DNA of 32,000 nucleotides from Cereibacter sphaeroides 2.4.1 (GTDB taxonomy: Bacteria > Pseudomonadota > Alphaproteobacteria > Rhodobacterales > Rhodobacteraceae), in contig NC_007493.2 in assembly GCF_000012905.2 (NCBI RefSeq), positions 390,001-422,000 on the forward strand. Reading direction: 5' to 3'. Of this stretch, positions 10,634-19,633 are shown one piece after another. A program made the translations under genes and the position numbers. Under the pieces are notes generated by a model, which did not search any database, was not told where the DNA came from, and saw nothing but the letters and a program-made list of their open reading frames with translations. Position 1 is the first letter of the stretch. Each line of letters begins with the position of its first letter.

Positions 10634-11768
10634 TCACTACCACCTGATTGTTGCGGATCTGGGCGACGGCCAATCCGCGTTCGTTGGTGCCGTCGCTGCG
10701 CAGCCGGAATATGCCGTTCACGCCGACGAATCCAGAGCCTTGGGTGAGGGCGCGGCCGCTGAGCCCGTCCGAGGCGCCGCGCTTGAGAAGCGCCCCCACG
10801 GCGGCGACGCCGTCGTAGGCGAGCCCCGAGATCGGATGCGGCGCCTCGCCGTAGGCCGCGCGGTAGCGCTGCTCGTACTGGCCGTAGACGCCCGGATCGG
10901 GCAGGGCGAACCAGCCGCCCTGGACGCCCGGCAGCGAGAGGGTGGCCGAGGGAATGTCCCAGCGCGTGAGGCCGATGAAGCGGGCGGTCTCCTGCGGCAG
11001 CCCGTTCTCGCGCAGCACCTGGGTCACGAGCGGCAGCGCGCCCGCCGTGTCGGCGGTCAGGAACAGCGCCTGCGCATTGGTCACCTGCGCGCGCTCGACG
11101 ATGCCCGGCGCGGCCGAGACGATGCCGTTCTGCGAGAATTCGTAGTCCATCGACGCCACGAGCGTGCCGCCGGACTGGGCCACGCCGCGCTCGATGGCGG
11201 CGCGTCCCGATTGGCCCGCCGGGGTGCGGTCGCTCACCGCCATGATGCGGCCGTTGCCCTGACGGACGGCATAGCCCGCGAGCCGGTTGGCGGTGTTCTG
11301 GAAGGTCGGCCCGAGGACGAAGACGTTGCCGCCCGCGATGTCGGGGTTGTTCGAGAAGCTGAGCACATTGACGCCGCTCGGTGCGACGGCCGCGCCCACG
11401 GCATTGGCTTCCTGCGCGAAGACGGGGCCGAGGATGATCTTCGCCCCGTCGGCCACCGCCTGCGACGCCACGCTCGCGGCCTGCGAGGGCTGGCCCGCGG
11501 TGTTGTAGACCCGAAGGTCGATCTGGACATTGCCCAGGTCGGCCGCAGCGAGGCGGGCCGCGTTCTGCAGGCTGCGGGCCAGAAGCTCGTCGCTGGCCTG
11601 CCCCGAGCCCGCCGGCACGAGAAGCGCCACCGGCACCGGTTTCGAGCTGTCCACGGCCGGGCCCCCGCCGGTCATGGCGACGGGTTCGCAGGCGGCAACG
11701 CCCAGCGCGGCAAGCGCCAGAGCGGCGCGGCCCAGCGACTTGCGGGCGCGGCTGAGAACGGACAACAT
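10593..11768 (-). CDS. LpoA/LppC-like periplasmic-binding-fold lipoprotein (penicillin-binding protein activator-like)
   Basis: Track ORF, 391 aa. It has a lipoprotein signal with lipobox LGVAAC and a type-1 periplasmic binding protein-like body. GAGGAG lies 5 nt upstream of ATG 11768. The gene is divergent from rsmI-yraN, as lpoA is in E. coli. Its 3' end overlaps the glnD start by 41 nt. Confidence 0.8.
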   Translation of the reverse strand: MLSVLSRARKSLGRAALALAALGVAACEPVAMTGGGPAVDSSKPVPVALLVPAGSGQASDELLARSLQNAARLAAADLGNVQIDLRVYNTAGQPSQAASVASQAVADGAKIILGPVFAQEANAVGAAVAPSGVNVLSFSNNPDIAGGNVFVLGPTFQNTANRLAGYAVRQGNGRIMAVSDRTPAGQSGRAAIERGVAQSGGTLVASMDYEFSQNGIVSAAPGIVERAQVTNAQALFLTADTAGALPLVTQVLRENGLPQETARFIGLTRWDIPSATLSLPGVQGGWFALPDPGVYGQYEQRYRAAYGEAPHPISGLAYDGVAAVGALLKRGASDGLSGRALTQGSGFVGVNGIFRLRSDGTNERGLAVAQIRNNQVVVIDPAPRSFGGAGF

Positions 11769-11850
11769 GCTGGCTCCTCATCCCGTTGCAATGTTGCGAC
11801 CGAGCCTATGCGGTCGCATCCGGGATGGCAACTTTGGAAGGAGCGCCCCC

Positions 11851-12738
11851 ATGACCATCGGCGAAGCCGAGCCGGAGAGCGGCCCCGGCGGGGCCCGGCC
11901 GCTCGCGCCCGGGCTGCATTTCATCGCAACGCCGATCGGCGCCGCGCGCGACATCACGCTCAGGGCGCTCGACATCCTGCGGGCGGCCGATGTGCTGGCG
12001 GCCGAGGACACGCGGACGCTGCGCCACCTGATGGAGATCCATGGCATTCCCCTCGGCGGGCGGCCGCTCGTGGCCTATCACGACCACAACGGAGAGGCGG
12101 CGCGCCCGCGCCTCCTCCGGGCGCTCGCCGAGGGGCGGAGCGTGGCCTATGCCTCCGAGGCGGGTACGCCGCTCGTGGCCGATCCGGGCTTCCAGCTCGG
12201 CCGTGCGGCGATCGCGGCCGGCCATCCGGTGCTGGCCGCGCCGGGACCTTCGGCGGTGCTCGCCGCGCTGACGGTCTCGGGGCTGCCCACGGACCGCTTC
12301 CTCTTCGCAGGCTTTCCCCCCGCCACCGCCTCGGCGCGCCGCAAGTTCCTGGCCGAGCTCGCGCCCGTGCCCGCGACGCTGGTTCTCTACGAATCTCCCA
12401 AGCGCATTCACAAGACATTAGAGGATATGGCGGTAGTGCTGGGAGACCGGCAGGCCGCCGTCTGCCGGGAACTGACCAAGCGATTCGAGGAAGTGTCGCG
12501 GGGGCCGCTGGATCTCCTGGCGCAGGAGTTCGGCGACCGCTCCGTCAAGGGCGAGATCGTGGTGGTGGTCGACCGTGCCCCGCCGGTGCAGGCGGGGCCC
12601 GAGGATCTCGAGGCGGCGCTGATCGCGGCGCTCGGGACCATGTCGGTGAAGGAGGCCGCGGCGGCGGTGGCCGGGCAGCTCGGGCTGCCCCGGCGGGATG
12701 TCTATCAGGCCGCGCTGCGGCTGGCGGAGGAGCGATGA
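11851..12738 (+). CDS. rsmI: 16S rRNA (cytidine1402-2'-O)-methyltransferase RsmI
   Basis: These are the last 295 codons of track ORF 11530..12738. ATG 11851 is preceded by GGAAGGAG (11836-11843). It has the tetrapyrrole-methylase fold motifs LHFIATPIGAARDITLRAL, AAEDTR, YASEAGTPLVADPG and LYESPKR. Confidence 0.92.
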   Translation: MTIGEAEPESGPGGARPLAPGLHFIATPIGAARDITLRALDILRAADVLAAEDTRTLRHLMEIHGIPLGGRPLVAYHDHNGEAARPRLLRALAEGRSVAYASEAGTPLVADPGFQLGRAAIAAGHPVLAAPGPSAVLAALTVSGLPTDRFLFAGFPPATASARRKFLAELAPVPATLVLYESPKRIHKTLEDMAVVLGDRQAAVCRELTKRFEEVSRGPLDLLAQEFGDRSVKGEIVVVVDRAPPVQAGPEDLEAALIAALGTMSVKEAAAAVAGQLGLPRRDVYQAALRLAEER

Positions 12739-13088
12739 GCGGCGAGGTGTCCTATTACGCGGGCCAGACGGCCGAAGAGGCGGTGGCCCGGATCTACGAC
12801 CGATCGGGGCGGCCGGTGGCTGCCCGGCGCTGGCGGGGGGTCTCGGGCGAGATCGATCTGATCGCCCGCGAAGGGGCCGAGGTGATCTTCATCGAGGTCA
12901 AGAAGAGCACGAGCCATGCCGCCGCCGCGGCCCGGCTCTCGCGCCGGCAGATGGACCGCATCTACGGCGCCGCCTCCGAGTTTCTGGCCGGAGAGCCGCG
13001 GGGGCAGCTGACCGCCAGCCGGTTCGACGTGGCCCTCGTCGATGCGCTGGGCCGGGTCGAGATCATCGAGAACGCCTTCGCCGCCTGA
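12735..13088 (+). CDS. yraN: YraN-family (UPF0102) endonuclease-like protein
   Basis: These are the last 117 codons of the spurious long track ORF 10257..13088. ATG 12735 overlaps the rsmI stop (ATGA). The sequence [19 protein letters not shown]...[10 protein letters not shown] is typical of UPF0102. Confidence 0.88.
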   Translation: MSGEVSYYAGQTAEEAVARIYDRSGRPVAARRWRGVSGEIDLIAREGAEVIFIEVKKSTSHAAAAARLSRRQMDRIYGAASEFLAGEPRGQLTASRFDVALVDALGRVEIIENAFAA

Positions 13089-13146
13089 TCCGGTTGCAAC
13101 CGTCCGGGCGCTGCGCCATCAAGGGCCCATTCGGCAGGAGATGCGC

Positions 13147-14091
13147 ATGAGCCTGAACGTCGCCCTTCAGATGGATCCGATCGGATCGGTCAATATCGAT
13201 GCGGACAGCACGTTCCGCATCGCGCTGGAAGCCCAGGCCCGCGGGCATCGGCTGTTCTTCTACACGCCGGACCATCTCGCCTACGACGACGGGCGGGTGA
13301 CCGCCCGGGGAGCTTGGATCGAGCTCCGGCGCGAGAAGGGCAACCATGTGAGCTACGGCGAGACCACGACGGTCGATCTCGGCGACTTCGACGTGGTCTG
13401 GCTGCGGCAGGATCCGCCCTTCGACATGGGCTATATCACCACGACCCATATCCTCGAGCTGCTGATGCCCGAGGTGCTGGTGGTCAACGATCCGTTCTGG
13501 GTGCGCAACGCGCCCGAGAAGCTCCTCGTGCTGCGTTTCCCCGATCTGATCCCGCCCACCACCATCGCGCGGGATCTGGCCACGATCCGCGCCTTCAAGG
13601 AGCGGCATGGCGACATCATCCTGAAGCCGCTCTACGGCAACGGGGGCGCGGGCGTCTTCCGGCTGGACCCGAACGATCGCAACCTTTCTTCGCTGCATGA
13701 GCTCTTCACCTCGATGAGCCGCGAGCCGCTCATCGCGCAGAAGTTCCTGCCTGCGGTCGAAAAGGGGGACAAGCGGATCATCCTCGTCGACGGCGAGCCC
13801 ATCGGCGCCATCAATCGCGTGCCGCAGGCGGGCGAGACGCGGTCGAACATGCATGTGGGCGGCCGGGCCGAGAAGGTGAGCCTGACCGATCGCGACCGCG
13901 AGATCTGCGCGGCGCTGGGGCCGGTGCTGCGCGAGAAGGGGCAGATCTTCGTGGGGATCGACGTCATCGGCGACTGGTTGACCGAAATCAACGTGACCTC
14001 GCCCACCGGCCTGCAGGAACTGGAGCGGTTCGACGGCACCAACGGCGCCGCGCGGATCTGGGAGGTGATCGAAGCCCGCAGGCGCGGCTGA
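13147..14091 (+). CDS. gshB: Glutathione synthetase
   Basis: Track ORF 13042..14091, with the start moved to ATG 13147 ([12 protein letters not shown]...). AGGAG at 13136-13140 gives a 6-nt spacing. The ATP-grasp GshB motifs are [21 protein letters not shown] and [11 protein letters not shown]. Length is 314 aa, against 316 aa for E. coli GshB. Confidence 0.93.
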   Translation: MSLNVALQMDPIGSVNIDADSTFRIALEAQARGHRLFFYTPDHLAYDDGRVTARGAWIELRREKGNHVSYGETTTVDLGDFDVVWLRQDPPFDMGYITTTHILELLMPEVLVVNDPFWVRNAPEKLLVLRFPDLIPPTTIARDLATIRAFKERHGDIILKPLYGNGGAGVFRLDPNDRNLSSLHELFTSMSREPLIAQKFLPAVEKGDKRIILVDGEPIGAINRVPQAGETRSNMHVGGRAEKVSLTDRDREICAALGPVLREKGQIFVGIDVIGDWLTEINVTSPTGLQELERFDGTNGAARIWEVIEARRRG

Positions 14092-14121
14092 CCGGCCTCG
14101 GGGCTTCGAGCGGGCCTTCTT

Positions 14122-14154
14122 CTCCGGCGCGGCCCTGCCGGAGGCGCGCCGGAG
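14122..14154 (+). terminator. 10-bp perfect stem (ctccggcgcg / cgcgccggag) with a 13-nt loop, 30 nt after the gshB stop
   Basis: Read directly. An alternative 7-bp hairpin, ctccggc/gccggag, lies within it. There is no U-tract, so its function as an intrinsic terminator is uncertain. Confidence 0.4.
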
Positions 14155-14455
14155 ATGGTCCTGACATCGGGCCGGAAGCAGGCGTCGTCCGTGCCCTGCC
14201 AGAGACAGCGTCAGCCGATCCGATCCTTCCGGAGGCGGCAGGAACCGGAGGCGCGGGTCGCGCGAGCATGGCATCCTCGGCGCTGAACCGCCCGGCTCGA
14301 GGTCACATGGGCGCGGGCCAAGGGCTGCCGCGCCATGGACGGCTGCTGCATCCTCTCCGAGCCCGCGCGCGCGGGATAAGGATCCTCGCGGGAGGAACGG
14401 CCCGGAGGGCCTGCTGCGAAGCTGCAGCCGCAGGCTTTGAAGAGCTTCAGGCCTG

Positions 14456-15994
14456 TCAGCCCGAGGTGGCGGGAGCGTTCCTCGGCCTCGTGGCCGTAAG
14501 CCGGTAGCTCACCGCTTCCGCCAGATGGGGATGGCGCACCTCTGGCGCGCCGTCGAGGTCGGCGATCGTGCGCGCCACCCGCAGGATCCGGTGATAGGCC
14601 CGCGCCGACAGGCCGAACCGCTCTGCCACCCGGGCCAGGAGTGCGCGTCCCTCGGCGTCGGGAGCGGCCACCTGCTCGAGCAGCGGGCCCTCTGCATCGG
14701 CATTCACCCGCACGCCGGCCGATCCTTCATAGCGCCGCGTCTGGAGTGCCCGCGCGGCCGCCACGCGGGCTGCGACGGTGGCCGAGCCTTCGGTGGCGGG
14801 CGGCAGTCGTCCGTCGACCCAATCCACCGGGGGCACCTCGATCCGCAGGTCGAGCCTGTCCATGAGCGGGCCCGAGATCCGGCCGAGATATTCCTCTCCG
14901 CAGATGGGGGCGCGGCTGCAGGCCTTGGACGCATCCGCGAGATGGCCGCAGCGGCAGGGGTTGGCCGCCGCGATCAGCAGGAAGCGGCACGGGTAGCGAT
15001 GGCGGGCATCGGCACGCGGCACCATGATCTCGCCGGTCTCCAGCGGCTGGCGCAGCGTGTCGAGCACGCGCGGCGGAAATTCGGGCAGTTCGTCGAGGAA
15101 GAGGACACCGTTGTGGGCGAGGCTGGCCTCGCCCGGCCCGGCCCGGCGGCCGCCGCCGACGATGGACGCGGGCGAAGCCGTGTGATGGGGGCTGCTGAAG
15201 GGGCGCGCCCGGCTGATCCCGCCGTCGCTGAGCTTGCCCGCGAGCGACTGGATCATGGAGGTCTCGAGCGCTTCGGCCGGAGTCATCGGCGGCAGGAGGC
15301 CGGGCATGCAGCGCGCGAGCAGGGACTTGCCCGACCCGGGCGCCCCGATCATCAGCAGATGGTGCCGCCCGGCTGCGGCGATCTCCAGCGCGCGCCGGGC
15401 CCGCTCCTGCCCGCTCACCGAGGCCAGATCGACCGAGACAGCAGGCCGGTCGATCACCTCGCCCGCCTCGGCGGGCGGGATCGACGCCTGTCCGGTGAAA
15501 TGGCGCACCACCTGGTCGAGCGAGGCGGCTGCGAGGACCTCCGTGGCCCCGACCCAGGCCGCTTCGGCCCCCGAGCCGCGGGGGCAGAGGAGCGCGCGAT
15601 CCTGTTCGGCGGCCGCGACCGCGGCCGGCAGGGCGCCTGCCACCGGCACGAGGCGCCCGTCGAGCGACAGTTCTCCGATGGCGAGGATCCGCTCGACCTC
15701 TTCGGCGGGCACGATCTCGAGCGCGGCCAGAAGTGCCAGCGCGATGGCGAGATCGAAGTGCGAGCCTTCCTTGGGCAGATCGGCAGGCGAGAGGTTCACC
15801 GTGATCCGGCGCGAGGGCAGGGCGATGGACATGGAGGCGAGCGCCGTCCGCACCCGCTCGCGCGCCTCCGAGACCGCCTTGTCGGGCAGGCCCACGATGG
15901 CGAAGGCGGGCAGCCCCGGCGAGACGGCACATTGCACCTCGACGCTGCGCGGATCGATGCCTTCGAAGGCAACGGTGAAGGCTCGGGCGATCAT
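14456..15994 (-). CDS. comM: YifB/ComM-family Mg-chelatase-like AAA+ ATPase
   Basis: Track ORF, 512 aa. It has an N-terminal Lon-like domain (GLPAFAIVGLPDKAVSEARERV), Walker A GAPGSGKS, Walker B VLFLDELPEF, a Cys-rich insert CRCGH...C...C and a C-terminal ARAYHRILRVARTIADL. Confidence 0.92.
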   Translation of the reverse strand: MIARAFTVAFEGIDPRSVEVQCAVSPGLPAFAIVGLPDKAVSEARERVRTALASMSIALPSRRITVNLSPADLPKEGSHFDLAIALALLAALEIVPAEEVERILAIGELSLDGRLVPVAGALPAAVAAAEQDRALLCPRGSGAEAAWVGATEVLAAASLDQVVRHFTGQASIPPAEAGEVIDRPAVSVDLASVSGQERARRALEIAAAGRHHLLMIGAPGSGKSLLARCMPGLLPPMTPAEALETSMIQSLAGKLSDGGISRARPFSSPHHTASPASIVGGGRRAGPGEASLAHNGVLFLDELPEFPPRVLDTLRQPLETGEIMVPRADARHRYPCRFLLIAAANPCRCGHLADASKACSRAPICGEEYLGRISGPLMDRLDLRIEVPPVDWVDGRLPPATEGSATVAARVAAARALQTRRYEGSAGVRVNADAEGPLLEQVAAPDAEGRALLARVAERFGLSARAYHRILRVARTIADLDGAPEVRHPHLAEAVSYRLTATRPRNAPATSG

Positions 15995-16082
15995 GGGTGT
16001 CCCCTTTCGCCCGAGCCTTAGCCCGAATTGGTTTCACGAGCGTTAACCGCTTTCGGGCGGCCGGGTCCGCGCCCGCAGAGGC

Positions 16083-16319
16083 TCAGTGCGGCGGCCCTTC
16101 GACCCATTCGTAGATCACCTCCGGGGCCTTGGTGCAGCCGCAGCAGGACTTGCCGCAGGCCAGCGGCGCGCAGGGCAGCTCGCGCGCCTTGCCCTTGCCG
16201 ACCCAGTGCTCGACCATCCCGCGCATGGCGGCCGGATCGCAGCGGAAGCGGTGCGCAAGGTCGCCGAGGCTGGCCTGGTGGCGCTCGCGCAGATAGTCAC
16301 GGACGGCGATCAGCAGCAT
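16083..16319 (-). CDS. feoC: FeoC-like winged-helix protein with C-terminal Cys cluster
   Basis: Track ORF, 78 aa, starting 6 nt after the feoB stop. The N-terminus (LLIAVRDYLRERHQASLGDLAHRF) resembles E. coli FeoC. The Cys cluster is CAPLACGKSCCGC. Confidence 0.8.
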   Translation of the reverse strand: MLLIAVRDYLRERHQASLGDLAHRFRCDPAAMRGMVEHWVGKGKARELPCAPLACGKSCCGCTKAPEVIYEWVEGPPH

Positions 16320-16325
16320 GGATCC

Positions 16326-18638
16326 TCAGGCTCCGGCGGGGGCGGAGCGGGAGGCGCCGGTGCCCCCGATCCGCTTCATGACGAGGATGACGAGGGCGAA
16401 GGCCGCGAGGACGCCGCCGATCCAGAGCGCCGAGGCCTCGGGATGGCGGGCGAAGGTGGCGGCCTGATAGTAGACCGTGGCCGAGCCCCAGCCCATCATC
16501 AGCGTCCAGACCGAGACGAAGCCCGTCCAGGCCGGGCCCGCCTCGCGCCAGACGGCGGCAATGGCCGCGGTGCAGGGCACATAGAGCAGCACCATGAGGA
16601 GATAGGCGAAGGCCCCGGCCTGACCGTCGAAGAGCGCGCGCATCGCGCCGAAGGTGCCGGTCGAGACCTCGAGCTCCTCCGCGGCCGCGTCCGTCGAGGA
16701 GAGGTCGCCGATCTCGATCCCGAGCGGATCGGTGAGCGCGTCGGCGAGATCGCCGAAATTCTCGCCGATGGTCGCCACGGCGGCCGAGAGGCCGGCAGTC
16801 AGGCTGTAGGGCGCGGCCTCTTCCTGCGCCTCCTCCGTTTCGCCCATGCCGGAATAGAGCGCGTTCAGCGTGCCCACCACCGCCTCCTTGGCCAGAAGGC
16901 CGGTGAAGATGCCGACCGTCGCGGGCCAGTTCTCCGGGCGGAGGCCCATGGGCTCGAAGGCCGGGGCGATGGTCTGCCCGATGGCCGCCAGCACGGAATT
17001 GTCCGTATCCTCGTTGCCGAAGCTGCCGTCGCGCCCCCAGGAGTTCAGCACCGCAATCACCGCCACCACCGGCACGAGCACCCGGCCCGCGCGGATCACG
17101 AAGGACTTGAGCCGGTCCCAGGTGCGCAGCAGCACCGCGCGCAGCGTGGGGATGTGATAGGGCGGCAGTTCCATCACGAAGGGGGTGGTGCTGCCCGGCA
17201 GGAGCGTGTTCTTCAGCACGAGACCGGTGAAGACCGCCGCGAGGATCCCAATCAGATAGAGCAGGAACACGAGGTTCTGCCCGTTCGCCGGGAAGAAGGC
17301 GGCGGCGAACAGCGCATAGACCGGCAGCCGCGCGCCGCAGGACATGAAGGGCGCCATGGCGATGGTCATGGTCCGGTCGCGCTCGTTCTCGAGCGTGCGC
17401 GTCGCCATCACCGCGGGCACGTTGCAGCCGAAGCCCACGATCAGCGGCACGAAACTCTTGCCCGGCAGGCCCACGATCCGCATGAACCGGTCCATCACGA
17501 AGGCCGCCCGCGCCATGTAGCCCGAATCCTCGAGCACCGAGAGGAAGAGGAAGAGGCAGGCGATGACCGGGATGAAGGTCGCCACCGTCTGCACGCCGCC
17601 GCCCACGCCCGAGGCGAGCACGGTCGTCAGCCAGTCGGGGCTGCCGGCCCGGCCGAGCAGTTCGGCGGTGCCCTCGACGAAGATCGTCGCGGCCGCCACG
17701 TCGAAGAAGTCGATGAAGGCGCTGCCCACGTTGATCGTGAACAGGAACATCAGATACATGACGAAGAGGAAGATCGGGATGCCGAGCACCCGGTTCAGAA
17801 CCACCCGGTCGATCCGGTCCGAGAGGGTGCGGCCCAGTTCCGAGGTCCGGCGCACCGCCGCGGCCGTCGCCTCGGCCACCGCATCGTAGCGGCCGCTCGC
17901 GATGGCCGTGTCGGGATCGTAGCCCAGAGCCTCTTCCAGCGCCTGCCGCGCGCGCGCCACCTCGGGAGCCAGCGCCGGCACGCGGGCGATCAGCGTGCGG
18001 CTGCCCTCAAGGAGCTCGAGCGCGAGCCAGCGCGGCGCGCGCGTCTCGCCTGCCGCCTCGATGGCGGGGACAAGATCGGCCACCGCCGCCTCGATCTCGG
18101 GAACGTAGGAGAGCGGCTTCACGGCTGGCACGCCGGTGTCGAGTGCCCGCACGAGGGCCGCCTTCAGCTCCTCGATGCCCCGGCCGGTGGCGGCCACGAT
18201 GGGCACGACCGGACAGCCGAGCCGGGCCGCGAGCGCCTCAAGGTCGATCTCGATCCGCTGGCTCGCGGCGATATCCATCATGTTGAGCGCCACCACCACC
18301 GGCACGCCCATCTCGAGGATCTGCAGCGTGAGGTAGAGGTTCCGCTCGATGTTCGAGGCATCGACGATATTGACCACCAGCTGCGCCTCGCCCGAAAGGG
18401 CGAAGTCGCGCGCGATCCGTTCGTCGGTCGAGACGGTGTGGCCCGATCCCAGCGAATAGGTGCCGGGCAGATCGACGAGGGCCGCGGTGCGGCCGGCGAA
18501 GCGGATCTCGCCCGTCTTCTTCTCGACCGTGACGCCGGGCCAGTTGCCGACCATCTGCCGCGTGCCGGTCAAGGCGTTGAAGAGGGTGGTCTTGCCGCAG
18601 TTGGGATTGCCCAGAAGGGCGATGGTGGCCCCGCTCAT
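16326..18638 (-). CDS. feoB: Ferrous iron transporter FeoB (G-domain plus permease)
   Basis: These are the C-terminal 770 codons of track ORF 16326..19172. ATG 18638 (MSGATIALLGNPNCGKTTLFNALTG, G1 motif) overlaps the feoA stop as ATGA. The remaining G motifs (DLPGTYSL, NMMD) are followed by a polytopic membrane domain. Confidence 0.95.
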   Translation of the reverse strand: MSGATIALLGNPNCGKTTLFNALTGTRQMVGNWPGVTVEKKTGEIRFAGRTAALVDLPGTYSLGSGHTVSTDERIARDFALSGEAQLVVNIVDASNIERNLYLTLQILEMGVPVVVALNMMDIAASQRIEIDLEALAARLGCPVVPIVAATGRGIEELKAALVRALDTGVPAVKPLSYVPEIEAAVADLVPAIEAAGETRAPRWLALELLEGSRTLIARVPALAPEVARARQALEEALGYDPDTAIASGRYDAVAEATAAAVRRTSELGRTLSDRIDRVVLNRVLGIPIFLFVMYLMFLFTINVGSAFIDFFDVAAATIFVEGTAELLGRAGSPDWLTTVLASGVGGGVQTVATFIPVIACLFLFLSVLEDSGYMARAAFVMDRFMRIVGLPGKSFVPLIVGFGCNVPAVMATRTLENERDRTMTIAMAPFMSCGARLPVYALFAAAFFPANGQNLVFLLYLIGILAAVFTGLVLKNTLLPGSTTPFVMELPPYHIPTLRAVLLRTWDRLKSFVIRAGRVLVPVVAVIAVLNSWGRDGSFGNEDTDNSVLAAIGQTIAPAFEPMGLRPENWPATVGIFTGLLAKEAVVGTLNALYSGMGETEEAQEEAAPYSLTAGLSAAVATIGENFGDLADALTDPLGIEIGDLSSTDAAAEELEVSTGTFGAMRALFDGQAGAFAYLLMVLLYVPCTAAIAAVWREAGPAWTGFVSVWTLMMGWGSATVYYQAATFARHPEASALWIGGVLAAFALVILVMKRIGGTGASRSAPAGA

Positions 18639-18874
18639 GCCGCGGTCTCCTCGATGGACAGGGCCGAGGCCTCGGCCTTGCGCAGCGACAGCTGGTAGCC
18701 GCGGACTTCGATGACCACCGGATCGCCCAGGGGGGCCACGCGCAGAACGCGCAGCGCCGTGCCGGGCGTGAGGCCCATCGAGAGCAGCTTCTGGCGGTAG
18801 GCGGCACCGCCGGGGGCGTAGCCCGTGACGCGGGCGGTCGCACCGGCCGCCATGTCTTTCAGCGAGAGAACCAT
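18635..18874 (-). CDS. feoA: FeoA (SH3-like ferrous iron transport protein A), proximal copy
   Basis: Track ORF, 79 aa. The FeoA pattern is GATARVTG....YRQKLLSMGLTPGTALRVLRVAPLGDPVVIEVRGYQLSLRKAEA. Confidence 0.9.
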   Translation of the reverse strand: MVLSLKDMAAGATARVTGYAPGGAAYRQKLLSMGLTPGTALRVLRVAPLGDPVVIEVRGYQLSLRKAEASALSIEETAA

Positions 18875-18880
18875 CGGCCG

Positions 18881-19129
18881 TTACCTGTCCTGCAGCGGAG
18901 TGACGAAGATCTTGCGCGACATCTCCTGCCCGAGCGCGAGGCGCGACTTGCCCACCGCGAGGAGGAGCGGGCCCGTGACGCAGCCGCGGATCACCTTGAC
19001 CTCGCCGCCGACATGCAGGCCCATCTCGGAAAGACGCTTCTGCATCTCCTTGCAGCCCGCGAGCCCCGTGACCGCCAGCCGCGCCTCTTCCGGCGCGAAG
19101 GCCAAGGGCATCTGCCTCGCATTCATCAT
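18881..19129 (-). CDS. feoA: Second FeoA-domain protein, distal copy
   Basis: Track ORF 18881..19231 (TTG start) trimmed to ATG 19129 (MMNARQMPL...), with AAGGAG 8 nt upstream. The pattern LAVTGLAG..EMQKRLSEMGLHVGGEVKVIRG..GPLLLAVGKSRLALGQEMSRKIFV matches FeoA. Confidence 0.8.
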   Translation of the reverse strand: MMNARQMPLAFAPEEARLAVTGLAGCKEMQKRLSEMGLHVGGEVKVIRGCVTGPLLLAVGKSRLALGQEMSRKIFVTPLQDR

Positions 19130-19183
19130 AAACTCGTCTCCTTCGCCCCGGACCCTCTGCCCGTCTGACCACCCTGAGTGGTT

Positions 19184-19231
19184 TACGGTTTTAATAGGGA
19201 TTGGAGGCTGGGGCACCTTGACGCGGATCAA
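19184..19231 (-). promoter_or_regulatory. Candidate class II FNR/FnrL-dependent promoter of the feoA-feoA-feoB-feoC operon
   Basis: TTGACgcggATCAA at 19218-19231 matches TTGAT-N4-ATCAA at 9/10 positions. On the minus strand, a TATTAA -10-like hexamer (19196-19191) lies 31 nt downstream of the box centre. That places the box near -41 relative to a predicted TSS around 19184, about 55 nt upstream of ATG 19129. Confidence 0.55.
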
Positions 19232-19633
19232 GTTCCGGCCCCGAAGAGAGGATGTTTCGAATTTTCGGAGAGGCTGCCTGCCCTTGTCCGAGCTGTTCGC
19301 TCAAGAATTGGGCGGACTTTGCGCAAGGCTGCCCTCCGGGCCTTCCGTCGAGGCCGGGAGGTCCCGGCTCCCGAGTCCTATTGGCGCGACAGAGAGGAGC
19401 CCACGGCGCGGCGCGACGGCGCGCGCGAGGCGCATGACCTCCGAGCCATTGGCTGGGTCGGAGTGTGTGTGACGGAAAGTGCGCGGGTGCGCTCCGCGAT
19501 GCCGGGAAGATGCCCTGCTTCCGGTCGTCAGCGGCGTGTGGCACTCCGGTTCTGCGTCGATGCTCGACACTTCGGGCGGCGGCCCGGACGCGGGATGCGC
19601 GCGCGATACGGAAGCTCAGGCGCGGGCACCGAC

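Noticed and set aside
7895-10747. 950-aa + strand ORF; the same applies to 10257..13088 (except its last 117 codons, which are yraN), 16086..18698 and 20340..22790
   Set aside because: These are long stop-free frames opposite glnD, the lpoA-like gene, feoB and the ydeP-like gene. Such frames are expected in DNA this GC-rich, where stop codons are rare. The products are repetitive R/G/A/H/D-rich strings without domain signatures.
12385-12440. Local A/T-richer patch with rare codons (aca tta gag gat atg gcg gta) inside rsmI
   Set aside because: It is short, in frame and encodes the conserved YESPKR..L region of RsmI. This is most simply local codon noise. I cannot show an internal promoter or a recombination scar by eye.
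19255-19265. TTTCGAATTTT resembling a tRNA T-loop (GGTTCGAAT)
   Set aside because: There are no flanking T-stem complementarity, acceptor stem or anticodon arm. I found no tRNA in the window.
19252-19437. 61-aa + ORF with a CPCPSC motif in the feo upstream gap
   Set aside because: It uses codons rare for this genome (ttt, cga, att, gga, cta, ttg). The purine-rich stretch abuts the ATG with no spacing. The C-terminal half is an Arg/Gly/Ala shadow-like sequence.
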